Shown here piece after piece: positions 13,216 to 25,192 of a stretch of 64,000 nucleotides of DNA (its first letter is position 1; every line of letters begins with the position of its first letter). Origin of the DNA: Paraspadella gotoi. Lineage: Eukaryota; Animalia; Chaetognatha. A model generated the notes under the pieces. It ran no database searches. It saw only the letters and a program-made list of their open reading frames with translations, and was not told where the DNA came from. The stretch spans positions 26,077,748 to 26,141,747 of the forward strand of contig CM119265.1 in assembly GCA_051294375.1 (NCBI GenBank), given 5' to 3'. Both the position numbers and the translations under genes were made by a program.

Positions 13216-14079
13216 CGAGAGTTTTTTAAGTTTGTATACGCTGGACAAAAGCTGTGTAAGCATGCAAAGAGCGTACAGGAGAACGGTGCAAGCGATGCGG
13301 TTCATGGAGAAGACACGAGACTGACGGAAGACAAGACTGGAAGGAAAGAAGGGAAACGCAATAGGCACGGACTGGAGAGATACAGGGGAGGAATGAGGAA
13401 AAAAAAGAAAGAAACCAGACTCTCGGTCTGTGGATCTCATATGGTTACCACGTGTAAAAGGAGAGGCGGTACGCGCGCCTCGGCGTCGCGTCGGTGCGGT
13501 AGATGCCGGGTGGGCTATGTTTCGAGCACGCGCGTCCGCTGGTGTGGGCGGCGAGCGGGATCGCGATTTCGAATGCTTCTAGGGCGACAAACAATAGAGG
13601 TGTCTGGGTATCTCTCGAGACGCGAACTGGGCAAAAGAACTCAAAAAAAGTAACAAAAAACGTCCAACATCTAACTTAACTCGGGCGCAGAAATCTCCAA
13701 ATATAACGACAGGTCCTAGGTACGTACAACCCTATAGACGGCTGGCGTGCGGTACCAAGGAAAAGACAAATCAAAAAAATGAGATAAACATACTAAAAAT
13801 AAGATCACTGCGAGGAGTGTTAACAAAAGTGTACAAGGAAATATTGTACACAGACAATGGAAGAACACAGAAAACAAAAAAAAGCAAAAAGTCAATAAAA
13901 ATAGATAAAAAAAAAAAAAATAAAAAACAAAAAAATAAAACGACACGGAGACGTCAAGAAAAAGAAAAAAGGAAAAAAGAAAAAAAAAACAAAAAAACAA
14001 CAAAAATAAAACAAAAAAAAAAAAAAAAAAAAAAAAAAACACACCAAAGAAAAAAAAAAAAAAACAAGAAGACAAAAGG

Positions 14080-14113
<34 letters not shown>

Positions 14114-15230
14114 AAAAAGAAACAAAAAAAACACGAATGATAGTGCAGAAAAAGAAAATAAAACAACTGACGACGACGTTAGCAACGACAAGCGAAATGA
14201 ATTGGTATGTGAATGAAACACATAACAGAATCGCGGAAAAGGAAAACGACCGGAAAGCTAACGCTGGATAAGACGCCACTTCGAAGAAACAAGAAAAAAT
14301 GAAGAAATAGAAACGAGACAAAAAAAAGTATCAAATCCACGACTGCTAGCATAAAGAAAAAAAGTACAGGCAGATCAAAGAGACAGAGTCATACCTGAGA
14401 TCACGGAGATCAGATATCTTGATCAACAGAGCTGAAATACAACAAAAAAAAAAAGAGAAAACGAACAATCAGATAAAAAAAAAAAAAAAAATAAGTGGGT
14501 CAAAATGTCGCAAGAATACGATACGAAAGATGACAAAAATCAAAAAACAAAAAAAACAAAAACCCGAAAAAAAACCATAAAAAAAACCAGAAGAAAAAAA
14601 AAGAAAAAAAAAAAAAAACGCAAAAAAAAAAAAAAAAAAAAAAAGAAAAAAAACACAAAAGAAATAACAAAAAAAAACGATATAGTAAGAGATGAACAAA
14701 TACAAATAAGCAATGAAAAATAAACACATAGAACTCAGAGTGAACTAAATGAGCAAAGAAAAACGAACACAGTCAAGAAAAACGGATACACCAAAAAAAG
14801 GACGTGAATAAAGAAACGAGTGTCTAGAAGTGAAGGACATTCAGCATAAGTTCACTGGAAGGATGGGAAAGGTGCAAAACTAATGAGAAATCGCGATCAT
14901 ATATGGTCGTATGGGTACAGTCTGAAATTTAATGTGAGATTCTACTAGATAAATTATAAACTGCGCGTTGTGAGATGTGACGGCCGCAGATTAAGTGACA
15001 AGGACTGCCGGCGTGGATGCGATTGCCAATCGATAAAAATTGTAAGTACTACTAAGAGGCTACTTAAGGTCGGAATAATCAACTCGACAGACTAAAAAAA
15101 AAAAGAAAAAAAAACTTGCAAAAAAAGAGGCGTATCGACAAAGTCAGCATTCTGCACAGCAGGGAAGTCGGATGATGGAAGCGCCCGGGATGGATGGGTT
15201 AGGGGAAAGTAAAGACTAGATTTTTTTTCT
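13216..15230. other. Probable low-quality, unpolished read sequence (poly-A-rich, scrambled)
   Basis: Absent from the inverted counterpart; extreme broken A-runs. Confidence 0.5.
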
Positions 15231-15653
15231 AGTTGAGAGGAGATAAAAACCAAAGACGGAGAGGAAAGAAGGAAGGAAGAAGGGGGAAGAAGGAAAAAGG
15301 AATGAAGAAAAAATGAAGGAAGGAAGGAATGAAGAAAAAAAGGAAGAAGGTAGAAAGAAAATGAAAAGACGGAAGGAAAGAAGGAAGGAAGAAGGAAAAA
15401 GGACGGAAGGAAGGAAAGAGGAAAGAAGGAAGGAATGAAGGAAAAAGGAAGGAAGAGAAGGAAGGAAGAAGGAAAGAAGAAAAAGAAAAAGCTAGAAAGG
15501 AAAGAAAGAAAGAAAAAAATATGGAGGGCGACGACATCATTCTGCTGACTTTATTGCTCTTCTTTTTTTTTTCTCTTTCTCTCCTCTTCCTTTTCTAATT
15601 TTCCATTCATTTCTTTTATTTCTTTTTGCCTTTCTCTCTCTCTCTGTCTCTGT

Positions 15654-15731
<78 letters not shown>

Positions 15732-16517
15732 TTTTTTTTTCCGCCTCGTTAGTTTTTGGCTTATTTCTTCTGTGAAGGGTTTATGGTTTTACGTGCCAAC
15801 GAAATCCGCGACGACGAAAGAGATTGAAAAGAGCGACGCCACGCGGTTGACGGGGTGACAAGGTCGATCGTCACGGCAAGGCGCCCATTTTGCGTGAGCC
15901 ACGCCCCTTTTTTAAAAGATCACTTGTAGAAAATGTTTAATATTCTTTGCCCGTGAATAATTTTCGTAGGGAATAAAAAATGGCGAAATTCATTTTACAT
16001 AAATTGATGAACAAATCCTTGATTCCTAAAAACTACGGTTCCATCGGCCGATCTTTCCAGAGAAACGATTATGATCGAATAACAAGTGACGAGGTTTTCG
16101 GCTAAAAGAAAGTTACAAAAAGTCTAGAACGGTGAAAAGACTGGTCAAAAGAAGGTCAACTAGACGACCGAAAAATATCGACCCGACGCGAGGTCACGAT
16201 TATCTTTCACTTCTCATTCCCCTCTAATAGAGGATTCATCAAACTGGTTTTCCGATTTTTTGTCACAGAAGTTTCTCTCACCACTTTGAATGTCCTTTCA
16301 AGTAGTTCAAAGTTCACGCAGTCGAGCACCTTAGTTCTCCCGAAGTGAAAAAATCCTTCATTGATAATAAAACAAATAGTTAGATTGACATAGCATATTT
16401 CAGTGTTTGCTCAGCAAGAGTCTGGTAAGCGAATATGTCGGCAACTGTTTGAAATTATGCGGTTGAGAGACAGTAATAATTGTTATGAGTTATTGACAGA
16501 AGTTTCAATATAAGCGT

Positions 16518-16694
16518 GTCCTGAGCTCGATTCGGATAGGCTGCAACACCGTGTTACAGGCGGGTTAAGCGCCCCATCTCTCTTAAGTGCTAGGCGACCA
16601 CCGGTCTAGAACCCTGACGTTTGGGTTGAGTAGGCAATGATTTTGCTCCTGCACCAATGCTGATCAACGGTTGCTGGATTTTAGTCTACCATAC
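16518..16694 (-). mobile_element. Interspersed repeat with a tRNA-like head (SINE-like)
   Basis: The minus strand has an A-box-like TGGTGCAGGAGC and a B-box-like GGTTCTAGACC, then GGGGCGCTTAACCCGCCTGTAACACGGTG. Diverged homologues at 34944-35122 and 21873-22072. Confidence 0.45.
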
Positions 16695-17072
16695 GGTCGT
16701 ACTGTTTGGACTATACGGTGTTTATCAAGTCAAATACCAATCTTTTGTTTAATTTAATATTATCCGTCGGGTTGCGATTCCAGCGATGGGATAATTAGCG
16801 ACTCAATTAAAAAAAAGAACGCAGCGTCTGGCGTCCGAGATGAACTAAGAATTTGAGAGGGCGCGGCCATTTTGATCAAATGAGCGCTGCCATCTTTAAT
16901 TTTGAATGCTGGTTGTTATCTCTAATTTTGAGAACAAGATAAACAGGGAAGCACCCTTTTGTTTCATTTATTTAATTACGTACTAATTCAAATTATGAAA
17001 TTTTACTTACGTTGCAGACACGCAATATAACAACAACAACGCGTATTAAAAACTGACTTCTTGATATAGTCG

Positions 17073-17117
<45 letters not shown>

Positions 17118-17191
17118 CGTCGTCGTCGTCGTTAATCCAATCAACTTTTCAATTAATATTCTTTCTCACTGAATTAATTTTCGTCCCTCAG

Positions 17192-17384
17192 GTCAGAGGG
17201 CGACGGCGACTAGTATGTGTGTGTCGTCATCGTCGTCGTCATCGTATATACGCTACAATCAAAACTCGACCGTCACGACGCGACGCCACGTCGGGCGAGG
17301 GCGGCGTCCCTTTTCCCTCAAGCGCCGGCGTCGTCGAGTCTCGGCGTCAGGTGGCGCTGGCGCGATTACGGCTTCCGATTCCGG
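17192..17384 (+). CDS. Candidate 193-nt exon of an unknown gene
   Basis: Acceptor TTTTCGTCCCTCAG| and donor CCGG|GTGAGT; GC-rich; two frames open throughout (e.g. QRATATSMCVSSSSSSSYIRYNQNSTVTTRRHVG...). No family recognised. Confidence 0.35.
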
Positions 17385-17500
17385 GTGAGTTTTTGGTCCG
17401 TTCCATTTAGTCTGCGTTGTTTGTTAGGATATTTTGATTTAGTTCTCTCTTCTCTCTCTCTCTTTTCTCTCTCTCTCTCTCTTCTCTCTCTCTTCTCTCT

Positions 17501-17531
<31 letters not shown>

Positions 17532-17872
17532 CCCCTGTGGCATTTTTGTTTCATTGTCTACTTTCTCATTCGCCTTCATCTTATTCTCTTGTTGTTATTC
17601 TTTTTTTCTATTTTCTTCTTCTTCTTATCTATAAATATATAATATATATAATATATAATATATATTATATATATATATATCTATCTATCTTTTTTCCAAT
17701 TTCTTATTTTCTTCTTATTCTATTCCGTTTTCTTTCTTTAATTCTCATCTCTTTCTCTTCTCTTCTTTTCCATCTTTTTTTTTAATTTCTCTCTTCTAAT
17801 TCCCTTTTTTTTCTTTCCTCCTCTTTTAATTTTATACATCCCCTCTCCTTCCCCTCTTCTTCCCCCAACTGA

Positions 17873-17965
17873 TTGCTCGTTCCGGGCCCCGCCCAACTAA
17901 AAACCGTGATGCTCGTTCCGGGCCCAGCCCAACTAAAAACCGTTGCGTTCGTTCTGGACCCGCGA
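17873..17965. repeat. 36-bp tandem repeat, ~2.5 units
   Basis: TGCTCGTTCCGGGCCC(C/A)GCCCAACTAAAAACCGT occurs twice. Confidence 0.85.
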
Positions 17966-18110
17966 CGCCCAGAAATCCGGAGGAAATGGGCCTTAAATCT
18001 TTTCTCTTGTGTTGTTCGGACAGAGAGAAAGAAAAAAAATTCTGTGACCCTTCTGTGGCTTTATAACTTTCATTCTAGGTACCATTTTGGGAGTTGGCTT
18101 GGTTCGCTCT

Positions 18111-18200
<90 letters not shown>

Positions 18201-18298
18201 TGTCTCTCTGTCTCTCTTTTCAGTTTTTCCTCTTCAGTTACTTTTCCGGGTTTCTACGTGTCTAATCTTCGCACTGTCGTCTTCTATCGATTTTGCTT

Positions 18299-18387
<89 letters not shown>

Positions 18388-18505
18388 TTCTGTTTTATTT
18401 TGCTCCTTCGGCTTCATCCCCCGAACTAATGAAGTCGCTCACATCAATTTTTTTTTTCCTTTTCCATCGTCAGTTTGCGTTTTCCTTTCTCTTGACGAAA
18501 TGGTT

Positions 18506-18538
<33 letters not shown>

Positions 18539-20089
18539 ATAATCGTTTTTCAGGGAAAGATCGGCTGAATGGAACCGTAGTTTTTAGGGAATCCAAGGAT
18601 TTTGTTCATCAATTTATGTTACGAAATGAATTTCGCCATTTTTTATTCCCTACGAAAATTATTCACGGGCATAGAAAATATTAAACATTTTCTACAAGTG
18701 ATCTTTTAAAAAAGTGGGCGTGGCTCACGCAAATGGCGCCGTTGCCGTGACGTCGACCTTGTCACCCGTCAACCGCGTGGCGTCGCTCTTTTCAATCTCT
18801 TTCGTCGTCGGCGGATTTCGTTGGCACGTAAAACCATAAACCCTTCACGAAGAAGATGAAGCCAAAAACTAACGAGGCGGAAAAAAAAAGNNNNNNNNNN
18901 NNNNNNNNNNNNNNNNNNNNNNNNNNNNNNNNNNNNNNNNNNNNNNNNNNNNNNNNNNNNNNNNNNNNNNNNNNNNNNNNNNNNNNNNNNNNNNNNNNNN
19001 NNNNNNNNNNNNNNNNNNNNNNNNNNNNNNNNNNNNNNNNNNGAGACAGAGACAGAGAGAGAGAGAAAGGCAAAAAGAAATAAAAGAAATGAATGGAAAT
19101 AATTAGAAAAGGAAGAGGAGAGAAAGAGAAAAAAAAAAGAGAGAGAGCAATAAAGTCAGCAGAATGATGTCGTCGCCCTCCATATTTTTTTCTTTCTTTC
19201 TTTCCTTTCTAGCTTTTCTTTTTTCTTCTTTCCTTCCTTCCTTCCTTCCTTCCTTCCTTCCNNNNNNNNNNNNNNNNNNNNNNNNNNNNNNNNNNNNNNN
19301 NNNNNNNNNNNNNNNNNNNNNNNNNNNNNNNNNNNNNNNNNNNNNNNNNNNNNNNNNNNNNNNNNNNNNNNNNNNNNNNNNNNNNNNNNNNNNNNNNNNN
19401 NNNNNNNNNNNNNNNNNNNNNNNNNNNNNNNNNNNNNNNNNNNNNNNNNNNNNNNNNNNNNNNNNNNNNNNNNNNNNNNNNNNNNNNNNNNNNNNNNNNN
19501 NNNNNNTTTTCTTCATTCCTTCCTTCCTTCATTTTTTTCTTCATTCCTTTTTTCCTTCATTCCCTCCTTCCTTCCTTCCTTCTTTCCTTCCGTCTTTTCA
19601 TCTTTCTTTCCTACCTTCCTTTCTTTCTTACTTCTTTTCCTCAACTTAAAAACTCTCGTCTCTCTTTTGAAAGGGCAAACCTTTTGGTGGTCTCATCCTT
19701 AATTATATTAAAAAGAAATTAATTAAATCAATTAATTGAAGGCTGAGTCCAAACCTTTTTAATTTTTCCCTGTTCCCTTTATTCAGGGGTTGAAAAAAAA
19801 TCTTAGGAAAGTGTCCTTCTGAAAACCGAAGGGAGATGAATATAATAAAAAAAATTAAATGTCGGAAAAAATATATATCATTTATCATTTGAAGCTTTTA
19901 AAAGGGCACCGTTCCCGCCGGGATCGCTGCCCAGACGTACGATAAAAAATGAAAGCTTTTCTTTTCATATTTTTCGTTTTAGAAATAAAAAAGAATTAAG
20001 CAAAAAAGGAAAATATGGATAGTGAGGAAGGAAATAAATGAAAAAGGAACGGATATATACATGCAGAGAGAGGACCAGAGACTGAGAGA

Positions 20090-21457
20090 GACGGACGAGG
20101 ATGGAGAACTGCGGACGACGATTATATCATGGGGGGTAGTGAGGAAAAGAACGGTATGAAGCAAGAAGAAGAAGAAACCAGACAAGAACAGAAGACAGAA
20201 AGAGGAGAAGAAAAGAAGAAAGACAATTAAAAGAGAATCGAGAAAGAAGAAGAGAAAAACATTAACGCCCTGGTGACACTTCGGAACATGCCCCGATTTT
20301 TTCCATTTTTGGAATATCACCCAGTATTTCCATTCCCACGCCCCGCGTCTCCCGCCCGACAGGTTTTTTTTTTGTTTTTTTTTTTTTAAGTAAGATTTTT
20401 AAAGAGACCCTGGTTTTGCTGGTTATAACCGGGTGTCAAATATTTTAAAAAGGACCTTTTTTAGGTGCGTCTACATTATCCGTCGGCCCGCCTACATTCA
20501 AATGCCATTATGAACTTGTTTTAATCATTTTTTAATATAAAACCAGTACTACATTCTTGAACACCACCTTTTGAAAACCAAGTCGATGGTCGTGCCAGCT
20601 CAAACAGTCAGTACATCTACCTAAATTTCTTAATTTATAGCTCCATCAATACAATAGATAACCAACATGTATCATAAGTTCACACTTAAACGGAAAACCA
20701 ATACTAAGCTACAGGTTAAATACTTATGAAGGAATTTTTATACTTTTGTCTCAGTTTCTCCTGTATTTTCATTAATGATCTTCGAGAATCAATTATGTCA
20801 CCATGTTCCCTTTCCTTATCACCTTACCCGTTTTTCACTTCTCGATTCTGGCAGTTACTCACCCAGAGGAAGAAAGAGAAGAAACGACGGGCAACTCAGG
20901 ATTCGAATTTTATTAAAATTAATTTCTCTCTCTCTGTCTCTCTCTTCTTCTAAAAGAAGAAATGAAATCAAGTTGACATTGACCAATTTGCCTAGTAAAT
21001 GCTGCTGACCATTTAGTGGTGTATTTCCCGCGACGATATGTATTCCCATACTTTAGGTTTTACAAAAAAACTCTTTCGCTTATTATCGGAATATTTTGTC
21101 TTTTCATATAAAAGACGTAACCCCAGGATGTAGGTTTTACAGCGCGCGTTCAATAAAACTCAACAAAAGGCTTGAAGTCGGGAATTCTCTTTAATAAGAG
21201 GACGTACAACCCGCGATTCTGCTAACCCTATTCTTAGCCTCTCAGGACTTCAGAGTCGATATACACCCGCACTGCTAAAGTACCTGCACGTCCAAGAGCC
21301 TAACCTTATGATCCGGGCTCTTGCTTTTTCCTTCCAAAATTTTTTTTTCTTCCTTTTCCCTTCATGAAGGTCTGGCCCGCGTTCGCTTTTCATTCTCACC
21401 CCCGAAGAAACAAAGCCTGTTCAAATCCACCTCTCTCTCTCTCTCTCTCTTCTCTCT

Positions 21458-21490
<33 letters not shown>

Positions 21491-22504
21491 CTCTCTCTCT
21501 CCTTTCTCTCTCTCTCTCTCTCTCCTCATCTCTCTGTCCGTGCACCTTCGGTAGCCCGCTTCCTCTTCTTTTCGTCTCGCTCTCTCTCTCTGGAGAAGAT
21601 CTCGAAGCCCGCATTTCTTACCTCACGAACGGGCATCGATCTTTTCCGTGAACTTTTCGGTTCGCTTCACTGTTGAAGATCCGTTTACCCGCCTCAACTT
21701 GCCAGTATCACGAGTACCAAAATAATTTCATTATAGACGAATCTATTCTTCTCTATTAGAAATCCTTTTCGTAACGCTTCTTAGCTTTCTAAGGAACTTT
21801 TTTGTAACGTTAATATCCCACGGATCAAACGACAGACAATCGTCTTAAGATCTTTAAAAAACCCAAATCAATTATGCGTGGACTAAAAATCACCACAACC
21901 GTTCATCGCGCGCCATTGGCGCCGGAGCAAGCTCAGCTCGCCTCCCAACCAAAGGTCTCACGGGGTTTAGCCTGCGGTTCGGCTCGCCCCCTAACAGGTT
22001 ATAAAAGGACGGGGCGCTTAACCCGGCCTGTAACACGGTGCGGTTGTTACAGCCTGATCCGAAGCTCAGGACTGCTTATAATGAACACGGTCTGTCATTA
22101 ACACACTAACAATAATTTACCGTTCTCTTCACGTTCTTAGTATTGTTTGTTTACCCTTCATTCTTTACTTTCCTTTGACTTTACTTACCCCTTTTTTTCT
22201 TTACCCTCACGCTGCCCGACTAAGTATCTCAGCATCCATTCGGATGAAACAACCCGCCCGACTGAGAGAAAAGCCTTCATCTCATTCATACCAATCAACA
22301 GGAATCCGATTTCTAGATAAATCTTATTTTCGTATCTTATTTATTCAATTCTCTCCTCTATGTCGTAAACTTTCTTTTATCTTTTATTTGCCGTATGTTT
22401 AGATAACTTCTTCGTCTTACCAATAAGTTATGAAAATTTATAATAATTCTTTACAAACATGTATGTCCAATGTCCATAGGCCTTTTCTTTTACTTATTTG
22501 TTTA

Positions 22505-22563
<59 letters not shown>

Positions 22564-22678
22564 TCTTTTATCTTTTCTGCCTCACCCTATTTACCTAGGC
22601 TTCACACAGGCGTCCCTTACCCGAGCACCCTCCCCCTTCGCTCAAAAAAGGAAAGCGAGTACGCGGCATTTGCAATGC

Positions 22679-22767
<89 letters not shown>

Positions 22768-22775
22768 GCCATATA
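20090..22775 (-). repeat. Noisy inverted copy of ~34270-36560
   Basis: E.g. AGAGCCTAACCTTATGATCCGG (21295) versus CCGGATCATAAGGTTAGGCTCT (35686). Collinear throughout, with many insertions. Confidence 0.9.
21873..22072 (+). mobile_element. SINE-like repeat copy inside the inverted duplicate
   Basis: Reverse complement of 34944-35122. Confidence 0.4.
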
Positions 22776-23094
22776 TTGCATAACAGGGCGGTCAGAGCTT
22801 AGCGGAGACGGACNNNNNNNNNNNNNNNNNNNNNNNNNGGACGGACGAACGATCCTTGCGAAATGAATTTTTTTCTCTTTCGTTGGTGGAGAAAAATAGA
22901 GGTTATTGGTTGTTGTTGTTGTTGTTGTGGGTGAAGGTCGCTGTTATGGCGAGTAGAGGGTGTTCGATTGAAGAGGTGGTAGTCGTGGTGGTCGCGGTGG
23001 GAGGTGGATTCTTTGCTGGGGGTCAAATCTTAAGCGATGTTGGGGAGAGAAGCTTGGACTTTGGAATTTCGACTTGGATATTGTTTTATAAAAA

Positions 23095-23212
23095 GGAAAA
23101 GAAAAGAAAAGAAAAGAAAAGAAAAGAAAAGAAAAGAAAAGAAAAGAAAAGAAAAGAAAAGAAAAGAAAAGAAAAGAAAAGAAAAGAAAAGAAAGAAAAG
23201 AAAAGAAAAGAG
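23095..23212. repeat. (GAAAA)n pentanucleotide microsatellite
   Basis: Seen directly. Confidence 0.95.
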
Positions 23213-25107
23213 AATAGTTAATAAAAAGCTCGAATTGTTGAAGGAATATCTGACCTTTATTAGTTTTTGTTCTTACTTGTTTTTTTAAGATTTTGCGAGC
23301 TACAGACTGCACATTAGCAGCGGGCGGAGATAATAATACAAACATGAAAAATCTCACTTCGAGCCCGTCTTGATTTTTGACTTAGATAAAACTTTATTAA
23401 CTAGTGTATAAAAAACATAAAATTCCGATTTAGGCCAGTTTTTCCCGTCCTGCCATTTATAAATGGACGAAAGTCCAAAAAATGGCAAAAAAAGTAACAA
23501 TATAGCGAAAATTAAAAAAGTCAGTTTCCGAATTAATAATTTTGTAAATTTATTGCTAAAAATTAAAGTAATATTGATAGATTTAATGATTTACAGAACA
23601 TAAAAAAATTTGATATCATAAATTTTTAAATTCTATAAAATTTATGAATTATTCTATCAAGAAAACCGAAAAATTGAAGCTAAAAGGGAGACAATTGGCA
23701 CTCCCTAATAAATAAATTAAATATGCTTAAAACATGAAGGCAGAAAATGATTATTTGTATAATAAAAAAATGGTCATAAGAAAACAAGTAATATTGTTTG
23801 GGAGATATGATAAAAAACTTCTGAAAATGACAAAAATACTTTTTTTACTTTTTCTCTCTGTATTGAGTTAACAAGTGGAGCTATCTATTACAACTAACCG
23901 ATAGAATTTATTTTTTATCATGAAGGAATTTAAAGGTTCTGATTGAACAATGTTAGTAAAATTAATTTAGATACCACTGCAGAGCGATGGTCTCAACAGC
24001 TGAGCTTTTAAAAAATGTAAGAAACAGGGTAATGAATTGTTATGCTGTAAATCGTAAAATGGCAAAAAAGATGATATAAAATGAACTTTGCGTTTAAGAA
24101 AATTAGATGCAATTTTTGAAAGATCTGATAAATAATGACTTTAATGGCAAATAGCGCCAAAAAAACGTTTTAAAACATGTTGGCTAATAATGGACTATAA
24201 AATACATATCGAAGAATTAACCGGAGGCAGCTTTCCAGCACGCATCCTTAGCAACCACCGTCGGTGCTTTGTTAAATCCATTTATATTTGTTTTCGGCCT
24301 CTAACGTCAGTTCCTCATTTTGCGGAAATAATATACTTTTTTTTTGTTCAGTTATGATCAATTTTATAAATTTTATAATAAATGATTTTTTAAATTTATT
24401 TTAATTGCTATTTTTATATTTGAGGTAGAAAATGAATTGTTTACGTATGAGTTTTTATGAAGAAACATAAATTTTCGGACATGTTTCAGCTACAATGTAA
24501 GCTTTCATACAGCGCAAAAACAGATGTTGTTGAAACAAATATTTGTACAGACTCTTTTCTCTGCACTCTTTTTTCTTTAACTTCAAATTTATGAAATATT
24601 GTTTGCAGCAAAATCAATTCGTTTTTTTTGGGGCGCTGATGAAGGTTAGCATTGAAGCGAAACAAAGTCAGAAATTTGTTCTTTAATAAAACTTAACAAA
24701 CAAAGGAAGAAAAAAATGAAAGGAAAAAACAATATTTTTAATATTATATTTTTTAAACGGTTAGCAATTGGGGTTTAAGGTTGGTTAGAAGAATTAGGGG
24801 TGGTTAGGGTTAGGGATGGTTAGGAATTGGGTATAATAAGATTTTTCTACACTTACGGCAGTGTCATTTTTTTTAAGTTTTGAGTAGGCGAGAATTTCAA
24901 TACGCTCGCTCATAAAAAAGCAAAAAAACAAAAAATACGCCGACCTACAAATCACGGTCGCGATGTAATATCAATAAGCCACCGTTTGAAATACTTTATA
25001 ATACGTTGTTGAAGAACGTAATTTTTTGGCTTTGTTATTGACTTTATTAAGTACTTATATTTACAAAGTTTGGAAATGTTTCGTCAACGATTTTTTATTA
25101 GTATAAA

Positions 25108-25153
25108 CAGCGGAATGTTTCGATCTCTTCATTTCGAGTCTTCATCAGCGGTG
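25108..25153 (-). ncRNA. Minimal hammerhead ribozyme (PLE-type), minus strand
   Basis: caccg CTGATGA agactc gaaatgaa gag(a)tc GAAAC attc cgctg. Confidence 0.6.
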
Positions 25154-25192
25154 ATGAAGACTCGAAATGAAGAGTGCGAAACAATGTCCGCG
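25146..25192 (+). ncRNA. Minimal hammerhead ribozyme (PLE-type), plus strand, first core C read as G
   Basis: cagcg GTGATGA agactc gaaatgaa gagt(g)c GAAAC a(a)tgtc cgcg. Confidence 0.55.

Larger units (their letters stand above)
12790..20045. repeat. Large inverted duplication: 12790-13215 plus 15230-16072 versus reverse complement of 18539-20045
   Basis: Matching unique sequence, e.g. ORF MMSSPSIFFSFFLSFLAF on both strands (15540- and 19164+) and GATCACTTGTAGAAAATGTTTAATA versus its reverse complement at ~18680-18700. Differences are mostly 1-nt indels. Confidence 0.9.

Noticed and set aside
12790-20045. Giant foldback transposon with kb-long TIRs
   Set aside because: No defined termini or TSD; the right arm continues into a copy of another locus, and indel noise points to an assembly origin.
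24632-24675. Third hammerhead-like string CTGATGAAGG...GCGAAACAAAGTC
   Set aside because: Stem II is poor and there is no stem I pairing after GTC.
24770-24832. Interstitial telomere
   Set aside because: Too degenerate; similar TTAGG-like tracts are scattered and commonly lie inside invertebrate repeats.
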